The translations under genes and the position numbers were made by a program. From contig OX597814.1 in assembly GCA_951406725.2 (NCBI GenBank), forward strand, positions 74,338,001-74,402,000: a DNA stretch of 64,000 nucleotides, given 5' to 3'. Of this stretch, positions 51,596 through 64,000 are shown piece by piece. Position 1 is the stretch's first letter; every line of letters starts with the position of its first letter. The stretch is from Octopus vulgaris (taxonomy: Eukaryota). Under the pieces are notes generated by a model. It made no database searches and had not been told where the DNA came from. It worked only from the letters and a program-made list of their open reading frames with translations.

Positions 51596-54500
51596 GTTAG
51601 TTAGTTAGTTAGTTAGTTAATTTGGCTCAAAAGCAAATAGCAAGGCCATGTAGGGGGACATGGAGTTAAGTACAGGGTGGTGTTCATGTAAAGAGTTCAG
51701 GCCACTTGAGGTCCAGGGAGGCTTTGAACAAAGCGGTCGTCGGCATCTTCACCATCTCGTCTGGCAGCTTGTTCCACAGATCCGCAACCCGGACGGAGAA
51801 AGCTCCTCTCCTTCGATAGAGATGAAATCGTCGCAGGTAGAGCTTTTCGGAATGACCCCGCAGCCGACGCTCCGGAGCAGGAGTGAAGAACAGCTCTTTC
51901 GAGAGGTTACACTTCCCACTTATGATGTTGTGGGCGAGAATGAGATCACCACGGCGGCGGCGTTTTTCAAGAGAACAAAGGTCGAGCGTCCTCAGCCTTT
52001 CTTCGTAGGACAAATTTTTGAGACCATGAACCATGCGGGTAGCCAGCCTCTGGACTCTTTCGAGGTGCTGTATGTCTTTGAGGAGATAAGGAGAAGAGGC
52101 TTGAATCCCATACTCCAATATGGGTCTCACCAGCGTGACATAGAGTGGCAGGAATATGGCTGCTGTGAGCATTCCGAATGACCGTCGAATCAAAAACAGA
52201 ATTCCGCACGCTTTGTTGGCAGCATGGACGCACTGGGCCGAAGGCGAAAAGGAGGAATCCACCAAGATACCCAGGTCCTTTACCTGATCGGTCCTCTCCA
52301 GCAGCAGACGACCCGGCTCGAAATCAAGTTGATTTGCAGGAGTAGAGCCGACAGGCAGATGACAGCACTTCGACACGTTCAGACACAGGTCCCAATCGTT
52401 AGACCACTTCCAAATTTGGTGGAGGCATCAACGAAGATCCTCTATACTACCGCGAGGAGCGACCAGTTTGATATCGTCGGCAAATAGAAGGGTGTGTTGC
52501 GTGAGGTCGTCGGGCAAGTCATTTATGAAGACTAAGAACAACAAGGGCCCAAGCACTGAACCTTGAGGCACGCCACTGCTCGCACTGGAGACGTCGGACC
52601 GCGAACCATTAACTTGAACTTGGAAGGAGCGATCTGAGAGGAAGGCACCAACCCATCGTACAATATCCGAATGGAAACTATATGCTTGAAGCTTGACAAG
52701 TAGTAGGCGGTGGTTTACCGAGTCAAAAGCTTTGGCAAAGTCCAATAAAACGATGTCAACAGCATCACTATCATCGAGGATGCGCGTCACCAATTCTTCC
52801 ATTACTAGTAAGTTGGTCAAGCATGATCTCTTCGGCACGAAGCCGTGTTGGGAATCAGTGATCGAGGCTGTGTTTAGGAGGTGGAGCATCATACTTTTCT
52901 TAAGGATGGTTTCGAACATCTTGCTGATTATTGATGTAAGGGAAACCGGTCGGTAGTTAAGCGGGTCTTCGCGGCTCCCTTTCTTGAAAATTGGGCAGAT
53001 TATCGCTGTTCTCCAGTCTGCAGGTATAACACCCGTCGCCAATGACATATTGAATAGTCGTGTTAAGGGCTCGCAGATGACCGGAGCCAACGCTTTGATA
53101 ACCCGTGGGTGTATGCCGTCAGGGCCGTGACCCTTGTTGACATCGAGGCCTTGAATAACACGTTTGACTTGGTCCCGCGTGATGATCAATCGAAGCATTG
53201 GAGGTACCGATCTATCAAATGGAGGGGGTTCACGACCATCATCTTGTTTGAAAATAGTTGAAAAAGCCTCGGCAAATAATTGACTCTGTTGATAAGGGTC
53301 CTCAATCGATACGCCTGTTGAGTCTACCAACGTTGCAATCTGGTTGTTCAAGCGGGAATTCCGCTGGACATGGGCAAAGAAGGTTTTTGGACTGCTACTG
53401 GCATTTGCCGCGATTTTGTATTCATAACTGAAGCGTTCTTTCTTTTCAATTTTCACGGCTCGGTCTCGTTGAGTTTTGTACACCTCAAAAGCTGCAGTCG
53501 AATCCAGATTTTTGAATTCAGCCCAAGCAATATCTCTGAGTCGACGTTCTCGTTTAACCTTCTTCGTCACCCAGGGCTTGTGTTTCTTCCTCTTGGGAAG
53601 TCCAACGGGAACTGCCTGGTCAGTCAAACAGATTACATATGCTTTGAGGGATGACCATAGTTCGTCAACTGAGGACAACGTCATCAGGGAACGCCAGTCC
53701 AGAAGCGCGGAAGCCTCGGTTAGGATTTCAAGATTAATTGCTGAGAAGACTCTACGTGGCAGCGAAGTAATCGTGGGCGTGGAAAAAGTTGTGTGCATGA
53801 CGAACTTCAGGACCGCATGATCACTCTTGGCAAGAGGGGCGCACACAGATACGTCTGACACTGATCTTGGATAGCGGGAGAATACCAGATCTAGCATAGA
53901 TGGCTGCTGCCCAGACCGATGCCTTGTCGGATATTCAACATGTTGCGATAGAAAACAATCTTCAGCCACGTCAAGAAGGGCCTGGCCGAACCGGGAAGAT
54001 GTTGTACAAATTGATGCGGGCCAATCGATCGTGGGAGCGTTGAAGTCGCCTAGTACCAAGCAGTCATGCGAAGCTGAAACGAATCTTATCGCTTCGAGTA
54101 GATGAGCATCGTCCTGGGGGTCGGCTAGAGGCGGCCTGTAGACAGCCAACACGGGCAGGCAAAACTCAGATAGGCTCAGCTTGCAATAGACGGCATCGAA
54201 TTTGGTTGTAGGTTGAGCATTTGTGGGTAGAATACCGCAGGACGGTTTGTGCTCAGACTTAACATACACAGCAACACCTCCACCTCGCCTTTTTCCTCTG
54301 TCACATCTGAAAAGGACGTAGCCCTGCAGGTGGATCTCTGAGTCCTTTACTGCTGGAGTCAGCCAAGTCTCGGTGATAGCTATCACATCAGGGGAGTCGC
54401 GTAGGGCCAGTGTAAATAGTTCACTGAACTTTGGGAATAAGGAGCACGAGTTGGTGTAGACGATGCTGAGCTGTGAAGTCTGAGGGGCGGGAGTTGGGGA

Positions 54501-55352
54501 ACAAGCAGAATAAAGGGCATCAGAGATAGCATCGTTGACGGGGGTATCAACTTCACTTCGATTTGCCCTCACATCACTTTCCCTGTCAGCACTACAGCAT
54601 GGGACCAGAGGTAGGACTTGATTATCTGTCCATCTTGGATTCGTAAACCCTTCTCTCCCATTTGTTTCCTCATCTTTAGCTCGGATATCAGGTTCCTCCT
54701 TAGTGAGTATTCCTCGCGAAAACCCATATTGGGGTCCTCCCAGGCATGCGTCTGAGCTCTGTTCAGAAAGACTGAAGCCTCCCGATCAGAAGAAAAGATT
54801 ACCCTTATTGGGCGTGGTCTAGAATCTGCGGTTAGGTTCGCTTGGAATCTTCCTAGCCGAGCGACATTTTCGTTCACAGAGAACAATTTTCCAACCAGGA
54901 AACAAAATTAATGTCATCTTTTAGGCGGTTTATGCCTGTATCACAGGTGGATTCAGCCTTGCCATATATTATTGCCGATCTTGAGTGGGCAAAAAGTTCT
55001 CTACTATGAGCTGCGGTATTCGATTCTTCATTGGAGGATTTCGAAAGGGTGGTTTCATAGCCATCGGACTTATGTCGGCCTGTGGGGTCGATCGGAATGG
55101 ATTTAGTGGTCATAATTTTCCCGCCTGGTTTGGAACTGCACTGCCTCTTCTTCGGTTTGGGGGAGCACCACTCCCCAGATGAACCCACATCGAGATCGTT
55201 CAGAATTGGTTGAGCAATGGCATTAATGGGAAGGACAAGTGAAGGAGAATCCAAACAGATTTTATCGTGATCAGGTTTCATAGCCAAATCTGCCCCTCTG
55301 GAGTTTTGACTACGTTTCTTCTTTTGGGGAGAACAACGGTCTTCAGGTGGGT
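51596..55352 (-). mobile_element. CR1-group LINE (ORF1 remnant plus APE-RT ORF2) with (TAAC)n tail and 9-bp TSD
   Basis: ORF2 spans 52428-54572 plus the frameshifted 51684-52376 (ITETWL, GDFNAP, SDH, NYRPVSLTS, GVPQGSVLGP, FADD, LEKRRRRGDL, WNKLP). ORF1 pieces at 54569-55287. TTTATGTTA is duplicated at 51587-51595 and 55353-55361. Confidence 0.95.
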
Positions 55353-56010
55353 TTTATGTTATTATAGACGGCCCTATCCTGATGACCGAATGATGGCATC
55401 GGAAGGGCCGGATCAATATAAATTACCTTCTGCCTATAACCGGCCTTGGATAGTACGGCGTTATAAAATTCCGCTTTCTGCATAAAAATATCGGCACTAG
55501 CGGACAAGTTAGACAATCTTAGAGAGATGTTTTTAACCAAATTGTCTGTTACGGTTTTGGCATGATTGGAGAAGACACTGACATACTTCAAATTAGTGGA
55601 AGGCTTATGGTAAGGGCAGTATGAATCGCTATTAAGGTTAAGTGTAACGTCTAGGAAATTAGCCTTGGTGAGTTCATTATCAAAAACTATATTCATGCCC
55701 ATTCTATTAAAAAACCTAGCTAACCTACTCTTAGTTTTCTGCACTATTCTGTTTGTGGTGTTTTGCAGGTAAAACAGACAATCGTCAGGATACAGGCCGC
55801 CCGCGATCCCTGGGAATTGGTCGGACAATTCGTAGAGAATATAGATTCCAACCAAATCGGCTATCTGCGCACTATCCGAACTACCCATCTAGGTATCTGA
55901 GGTGAACATTTCTCCTGGGTGACTTCCTGAACTTAATCTTCCTAACGATGTCCCACAAGTCGTCCTCAAACTTCTTCAGTCTTGGGTTAGGTGGCGGCGT
56001 ATCCATTGTT

Positions 56011-56016
<6 letters not shown>

Positions 56017-56041
<25 letters not shown>

Positions 56042-56052
56042 CATATACATAC

Positions 56053-56089
<37 letters not shown>

Positions 56090-58425
56090 CATATACATAC
56101 GTATATATATATATATATATACATATACATACGTATATATATATATATATACATATACATACGTATATATATATATATATATATATACATACGTATATAT
56201 ATATATATACATATACATACGTATATATATATATATACATATACATACGTATATATATATATATATATACATATACATACGTATATATATATATATACAT
56301 ATACATACGTATATATATATATATACATATACATACGTATATATATATATATATACATATACATACGTATATATATATATATATATACATATACATACGT
56401 ATATATATATATATACATATACATACGTATATATATATATATATACATATACATACGTATATATATATATATATATACATATACATACGTATATATATAT
56501 ATATATATATACATATACATACGTATATATATATATATATATATACATATACATACGTATATATATATATATATATACATATACATACGTATATATATAT
56601 ATATATACATATACATACGTATATATATATATATATACATATACATACGTATATATATATATATATATACATATACATACGTATATATATATATATATAT
56701 ACATATACATACGTATATATATATATATATATACATATACATACGTATATATATATATATATATATATATATACGTATATATATATATATATACATATAC
56801 ATACGTATATATATATATATACATATACATACGTATATATATATATATATATATACATACGTATATATATATATATATATATATACATACGTATATATAT
56901 ATATATATACATATACATACGTATATATATATATATATATATACATATACATACGTATATATATATATATACATATATATATACATACGTATATATATAT
57001 ATACATATATATATACATATACATACGTATATATATATATATATATATATATACATACGTATATATATATATATACATATATATATACATATACATACGT
57101 ATATATATATATATACATATATATACATATACATACGTATATATATATATATACATATACATACGTATATATATATATATACATATACATACGTATATAT
57201 ATATATATATATATATACATATACGTATATATATATATATATACATACGTATATATATATACACATACGTATATATATATAGACATACATATATATATAT
57301 ACACACACGTATATATATATATACACATATACATACGTATATATATATACACACACGTATATATATATATACACATATACATACGTATATATATATATAT
57401 ATACATATACATACGTATATATATATATATACATATACATACGTATATATATATATATATACATATACATACGTATATATATATATATACATATACATAC
57501 GTATATATATATATATATATACATATACATACGTATATATATATATATATATACATACGTATATATATATATATATACATATACATACGTATATATATAT
57601 ATATATACATATACATACGTATATATATATACACATATACATATACATACGTATATATATATACACACGTATATATATATATATATATATACGTATATAT
57701 ATATATATACGTATACATACGTATATATATATATACGTATACATATACATACGTATATATATATACGTATACATATACATACGTATATATATATATACGT
57801 ATACATATACATACGTATATATATATATATACGTATACATATACATACATATACATACGTATACATATACATACGTATACATATACATACGTATACATAT
57901 ACATACGTATATATATATATATATACGTATACATATACATACGTATATATATATATATATATATATATACGTATACATATATATACGTATATATATATAC
58001 GTATACATATACATATATATACGAATACATATACATACGTATACATATACATACGTATACATATACATACGTATACATATACATACGTATACATATACAT
58101 ACGTATACATATACATACGTATACATATACATACGTATATATATATACATATATATATATATACGTATACATATACGTATATATACGTATATATATATAT
58201 ATATATATACATATACGTATACATATATATACGTATATATATATATACGTATACATATACGTATACATATATATACGAATATATATATATACGTATACAT
58301 ATACATATATATACGTATATATATATACATATATATACGTATATATATATATATACACATATATACGTATATATATATACATATATATATACGTATATAT
58401 ATATACGTATATATATACATATACG

Positions 58426-58457
<32 letters not shown>

Positions 58458-58903
58458 CGTATATATATATACGTATATATATACATATATATATACGTAT
58501 ATATATATACGTATATATATACATATACGTATATATATACATATACATATATATATACGTATATATATATACATATGTATATATATACATATATATATAC
58601 GTATATATATATACATATATATATATACGTATATATATATACATATATATATATGTATATATATATACATATATACATACGTATATATATATACATATAT
58701 ACATACGTATATATATATACATATATATATACGTATATATATATACATATATATATACGTATATATATACATATATATATACGTATATATATACATATAT
58801 ATATACGTATATATATACATATATATATACGTATATATATACATATATATATACGTATATATATACATATATATACGTATATATATATACATATATATAC
58901 ATA
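56017..58903. repeat. 2.9-kb compound microsatellite with (TA)n-CATATACATACG higher-order units
   Basis: Seen directly. Confidence 0.98.
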
Positions 58904-59065
58904 TAATGTGAAATAGAAAGATGAATAATCTTGTAGTAGATTAATCAAAAGTTTAACCGATACCTTAGTAGCAAAAATCACAGCAGTAAAACAGCACGGT
59001 TGGAGGTACAACCATATGGTGTTGCAACCGTGCGTTGGTGCGGATAATTGAAATTAGAACATTAT

Positions 59066-59322
59066 TGGTGAATTGAAGAAATGGAGCTGAACGCAGATTG
59101 AACAGAAATCGTTTTATTTCATTCTACACGTGTTTCGAAAGGCACAAATTACCAAAATCCGATGGAATAATGGGACCATATTGTGTCTTTCTCTTCAGGA
59201 AGAAAATAGGAAATCCGTTGGAAAAACAAAAACAGAACAGAGGCGGAGCAAAAACAAATCGAACTATGCTCCTAAGAGCCCATGGCGAAACTGTTTATCA
59301 GTGTATGTTGAGAACCGGTGGC
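59066..59322 (-). mobile_element. Second Penelope pseudo-LTR copy, a diverged direct repeat of 49680-49938
   Basis: gtgaattgaagaaatggag.tgaacg.agattgaacagaaatc ... aaactgtttatca.tgtatgttga is shared by both copies. Confidence 0.88.
59115..59208 (-). ncRNA. Minimal type-I hammerhead ribozyme with a canonical core
   Basis: Stem I uauuuucuuc/gaaugaaaua; CUGAAGA; stem II gaaagacacaa/uugugccuuuc; GAAA; palindromic stem III ACACGUGU; GUA cleavage triplet. Confidence 0.8.
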
Positions 59323-59354
59323 TGAAGAATTCAACGGGTCAAGCATCGGTCAAT

Positions 59355-59383
59355 CATATATATATATATATACATATATATAC

Positions 59384-59422
<39 letters not shown>

Positions 59423-59963
59423 TATACGTATATATATATACATATATATACGTATATATATATATACATATATATACGTATATATATATATATACGTATA
59501 TATATATATACATATATATACGTATATATATATATATACATATATATACGTATATATATATATATATATATACGTATATCGTATATATATATATATATAC
59601 TATATATATATATACATATATATACGTATATATATATATACATATATATACGTATATATATATATACATATATATACGTATATATATATATATACATATA
59701 TATACGTATATATATATATACATATATATACGTATATACATATATATACATATATATACGTATATACATATATATACATATATATATGTATATACATATA
59801 TATACGTATATATATATATACATATATATACGTATATATATATATACATATATATACGTATATATATATATACATATATATACGTATATATATATATATA
59901 TATATATACGTATATATATATATATACATATATATACGTATATATATATATACATATATATAC

Positions 59964-60033
<70 letters not shown>
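59355..60033. repeat. (TA)n array with CA and CG interruptions; a smaller array lies at 60247-60400
   Basis: Seen directly. Confidence 0.97.
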
Positions 60034-60083
60034 GAAAAAACAAGTCAAAAATAGAAAATGCTAAGATAATTTTATAGTGAATC

Positions 60084-60127
60084 TTTCAGTACCGGTTCCG
60101 GTCATTTTGAGACCTTTTCAACTGTAA
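60084..60127 (-). ncRNA. Degenerate minimal hammerhead motif (U3-A8 core, A13G)
   Basis: uuacag-UUGAAAA-gguc ucaaaau gacc-GGAA-ccgg-UA-cugaaa. Confidence 0.55.
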
Positions 60128-60400
60128 CGATTAAATAATTAAATTTAGAAAAATTAGAAGAAAAATTTTTTTAAAGGAATATTTCTATAGTAGTGTTCAG
60201 ATATAAGTGGCATTCTGCCTTTCTCTGACTCCCTTGTTTGCACTTGTATATATACATATATATATACATATATATACGTATATATACATATATATACGTA
60301 TATATATATACATATATATACGTATATATATATATACATATATATACGTATATATATATATACATATATATATACGTATATATATATATACATATATATA

Positions 60401-61305
60401 CTGCAGTTCCTCTTTCAGAGCTTCCTTGCAGCTGGCAAACTTCCAAGAAAACTGAAGGAAGGTGAAATATGCCCTATTCATAAAGGAGGTAGCAGAGCGG
60501 AGGCCAAGAACTACAGACCTATCTCTCTGACCTCACACATCAGCAAGGTCATGGAACGAATAGTCAGAAGGAAACTGATCACCTTCCTTGAAGAAAATGA
60601 CTTGCTGCCTGACACCCAACATGGTTTCCGACCAGGAAGAAGCTGCTTAACTCAGCTCCTACAACACTATGACTGGGTGCTGAAACGACTGCTCAACCAC
60701 TCAAATGTGGAAGTGATATATCTCGACTTTGCAAAGGCCTTTGATAAAGTCTGCGTGATCTTAGCATAGTTGGAAAACTGGGAGAATGGCTTCATGACTT
60801 TCTGAAAGATAGAAGTCAGGTGGTAGTAGCCAATGGGGCCACTTCCATTAACATGCAAATAGTGAGCGGTGTTCCGCAGGGCACTGTTTTGGGACCACTA
60901 CTGTTCATAATGGCCCTCTCAGACATGCCCTCAGCCATGCAGAGAGCCACGATCACAAGTTATGCAGATGATACAAAAGTTTCACAGGCAATACAGAACC
61001 CTGAGGACACTAAACGTCTGCAATGTGAGCTGGACAAAATATACAAGTGGGCTGAAAAGAATAGCATGCAGTTCAATGCTGAAAAGTTTCAAGCTTTATG
61101 CTATCAGCATGCAAAACTAAATGCAATACCCAGTGAATACACTGGACCCGGAGAAATTGCAATCCCAGAGGCACAATCAGTGCGTGACCTGGGTATTTAC
61201 ATGAGTGATGACGCAACCTTTCGTGTACATGTTGCTAAATTGGCAATGAAATGTAAACGACTGGCCGGATGGATTCTTAGAACCTTTAGAACAAGAAACC
61301 ATGAT
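60401..61305 (+). mobile_element. LINE reverse-transcriptase fragment (CR1-group, a different family from 51596-55352)
   Basis: [58 protein letters not shown]. Frameshifted. Confidence 0.92.
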
Positions 61306-61449
61306 GGTTCTCAATGTGCTCACTAAAGGGTATCATTCTGTATTCTGGGAATGCAATCTGTTGTCGATGCAGTGTGCATCTACGTCTGAGTGATAGTCCC
61401 GTGGACCCCACGTAGTCTTGGTGGCAGCCCGAGCATTTTATGACATGTT

Positions 61450-61910
61450 TTCAGAGGCACAAGTAAAATTAGTGAGCACATTGAGAGATGCGCAAAGCAA
61501 CTACTACCACAATTTTTAATCTTTCCATTTTACCAATGTGCTATCGGAACACCAACATAAATTAGACTAAACAAGGAAACATTCTTCATTGAAAAATACA
61601 AGCCCAAACTTAACCGTTCTAACATACTTTTACAGAGAAATTCACTCCAAAAGAAAGAAAAAAAATTTTAAGCGATTATCTCCCTTACACCGGAAGAAAT
61701 CACTTATTACTTCCCCTTATCTAGAACTCTTAACGTAAACATAACGACGTAAGAAATTTGAAAAGCTGAACGCGAAACCGGTCATTTCTTCTAAACTATG
61801 TCATTGTAAGAAAAAAATTTATAACATTCTTCAGACATATTGACTCAAATATATATTTTTTAACCTTTTAAAACAAGCCTTCTGTAGTTTTTTCACTTTT
61901 TACTATTTTC
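61450..61910 (+). mobile_element. Penelope-like 3' end (GIY-YIG C-terminus plus pseudo-LTR) of another family
   Basis: Reads SKISEHIERC...FPFYQC...RLNKETFFIEKYKPKLNRS*, followed by a hammerhead motif. Confidence 0.8.
61751..61790 (+). ncRNA. Minimal type-I hammerhead ribozyme with a U3-A8 core
   Basis: aagaaau-UUGAAAA-gc ugaac gc-GAAA-ccgg-UC-auuucuu. Perfect 7-bp stem I, GUC triplet, palindromic ACCGGU stem III. Confidence 0.78.
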
Positions 61911-61913
61911 TAT

Positions 61914-62126
61914 ATCATCATCATCATCGTTTAACGTCCGTTTTCCGCGCTAGCACAGGTTGGACGGTTTCGACCGGGGTCTGGGGAGCTAGGGACTGCC
62001 CCAGGCTCCAGTCTAGTCTGGCAGTGTTTCTACAGCTGGATGCCCTTCCTAACGCCAACCACTCCGCGAGTGTAGTGGGTGTTTTTTACGTGCCACCTGC
62101 ACAGGTGCCAGAGGGGTCTGGCATCG

Positions 62127-62129
<3 letters not shown>
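61914..62129 (-). mobile_element. RTE LINE 3' terminal fragment
   Basis: Near-identical reverse complement of about 47978-48190. Confidence 0.9.
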
Positions 62130-62165
<36 letters not shown>

Positions 62166-62167
<2 letters not shown>

Positions 62168-64000
62168 CCAAGGGAGAAGCAGAAAAGAAGTCTGCCTATG
62201 TTCATCAACATAGGGACCAAGGACTTGAAGTGTTTGGGATTGCAAGGCAGTGTGTGAGAGAAAATTGTGATGTCATAGGAGAAAATGTGTCTGCATAGAC
62301 GATGGTGTACTTTCATTTAATGATTCCACAAAGAAAGAGGCTTGGGAATGCCATTATGAAAGACTGAACATGAAGAATGAATGGGAGGAGGAGAGTCTGC
62401 CAAATGTTGTCCCAGCTGAGGAACCAGATATCTGAACCAACAGTACCTTGGTAGATAAAGCATTTAAGGATATGAAGACAGGAGAAGCCCCTGGCCCATC
62501 AGGAATCACTGCTGAGATGCTTAAAATATCTGGCAGTGTGGATTATAGTCCAGTTACCCATATTGTAAGTCAGGTGGTTCAGGAAGGAACCATACCCAAT
62601 GACTGGTGTAGCAGCACCATAATCAGTAAATAAAAAGTAAAGGTGATGCCTTAGAAATAATTACAGAGGTATCGAATTGTTGGATCAGGTGATGCAAGTT
62701 ACAAAGTGGGTCATAACCCAACTAATTAGGGAGAGAGTTAGTCTAGATGAGATGCAGCTTAGTTTTGTGCTAGGGAGAAGCACCACTGATGCTATATTTC
62801 TGTGAAGGCAGCTGCAGCAGAAATACATAGCCAAAGACATACATTTGTACTTGGCTTTTGTTGACTTGGAGAATGCCTTTGACAAGGTCTGCCAATCCCT
62901 TATCTGGTGGTCAATCCAGAAACTAGGGATGGATGAGTAGTTGGTGAGAGCTGTACAAGCATGTACAGGGACACTACCAATAAGGTGACAATTGGCAATG
63001 AGTACAGCAAAGAATTTAGGGTACAAGTAGGGGTTCACCAAGGATCAGTCCTCAGTCTCCTTTTGTTCATCATAATCCTTTAAGCAATAACAGAGGAATT
63101 TAAGACAGGTTGCAAATGACCTTGTTCTTATAGCTGAAACACTACTAGAACTAGAGAAGTTCCAGGTATGGAAGTAAGGTCTAGAATCAAAGGGCTTTAG
63201 AGTTAACCTAGTAAAAACTAAAGTCTTAGAAGTAGGAAGGCAGACAAATCAAATCCCTTCAAGTAGATGGCCCTGCTCAATCTGTAGATAAGGTGTAGGT
63301 AGAAACTCCATAATTAAGATGAACCTGGTGTAAGCATTGGATACATGAGGTGCAGTAATATCAGAGGAAGGTTAACAGGGAAAATATCTTTTGTGAGTGG
63401 AAGATGCACAGGTACAATAAACACTGAAAATGTACAGAAAATAGACTCCATCAACTGCCAGTGGGGTAAGCTAGAGATAGTAGATAGTTTCTGTTTCTAG
63501 GTGACCATGTTAGTAGTGGAGGTGGATGCTCCAAGAGTGTAGCTGTGAGAATAAGAATAGGCTGGGCAAAGTTCAGAGCTCCTACCTCTGCTGGCAACAA
63601 ATGCCTCTCCCTCAGAGTGAAAGGCAGATTGTATTATACCCGTGTGCAAACAGCTATGCTACATGGCCGTGGAGCATGGGCTATGACAGCCATGGTCATT
63701 CATAGGCTTAAAAGAAATGAAGCCAGTATGCTTCGCTGGATGTGCAATGTCAGTGTAAGCATCTTGAGAGAAAAGTTGAGCATAAGAAGCATCAGATGCG
63801 GTGTGCAAGACAAACGACTGTGCTGGTATGGTCATGTGATGCATACAGACGAGGACAGGTGTGTAAAGTGTTGATCTCTGTGAAGAGACCTTGTGGTAGA
63901 GGTAGACCCAGGAAGGCATGAGACAAGGTGGTGAAGTATGATCTTCTAACTTTGGGCCTCTCAGAGGCAATGACTAGTGACTGAGACCTTTGGTGATATA
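62166..64000 (+). mobile_element. Degraded RTE LINE (RT to C-terminus), running off the window
   Basis: Collinear with 39845-41770 (KAPGPSGITAEMLK-like segment, GRGRPRK). Many stops. Confidence 0.93.

Noticed and set aside
52693-53820. Plus-strand ORFs overlapping the CR1-type ORF2, and similar antisense ORFs over RTE copies
   Set aside because: Antisense shadows of retroelement coding sequence.

Overview
Eukaryotic, AT-rich, repeat-dense genomic DNA. It is probably from an octopus: this is an inference from the (GAT)n-tailed RTE LINEs, the SINE families and the TA microsatellites. Bases 3147-36854 hold 13 GT-AG coding exons on the minus strand. They splice in frame to 1779 nt (592 aa plus stop) and encode the U1 snRNP HAT-repeat splicing factor PRPF39. 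I could not find the 5' exon(s) in the window. The introns carry many RTE LINE copies, SINEs, mariner, pogo and piggyBac relics, and several exon-like segments that would add stop codons. The best of these is a CpG-rich element before the VFERG exon, a candidate poison-exon autoregulation module. From about 44.8 kb the window is a nest of retroelements in long (TA)n arrays. It includes a deleted Penelope-like element (RT plus GIY-YIG) interrupted by a CR1-type LINE with a 9-bp TSD, a non-autonomous RTE derivative with tandem 5' monomers, and four minimal type-I hammerhead ribozyme motifs, two with a U3-A8 core variant. Exon, TSD and ribozyme coordinates were read by hand; repeat boundaries are approximate.
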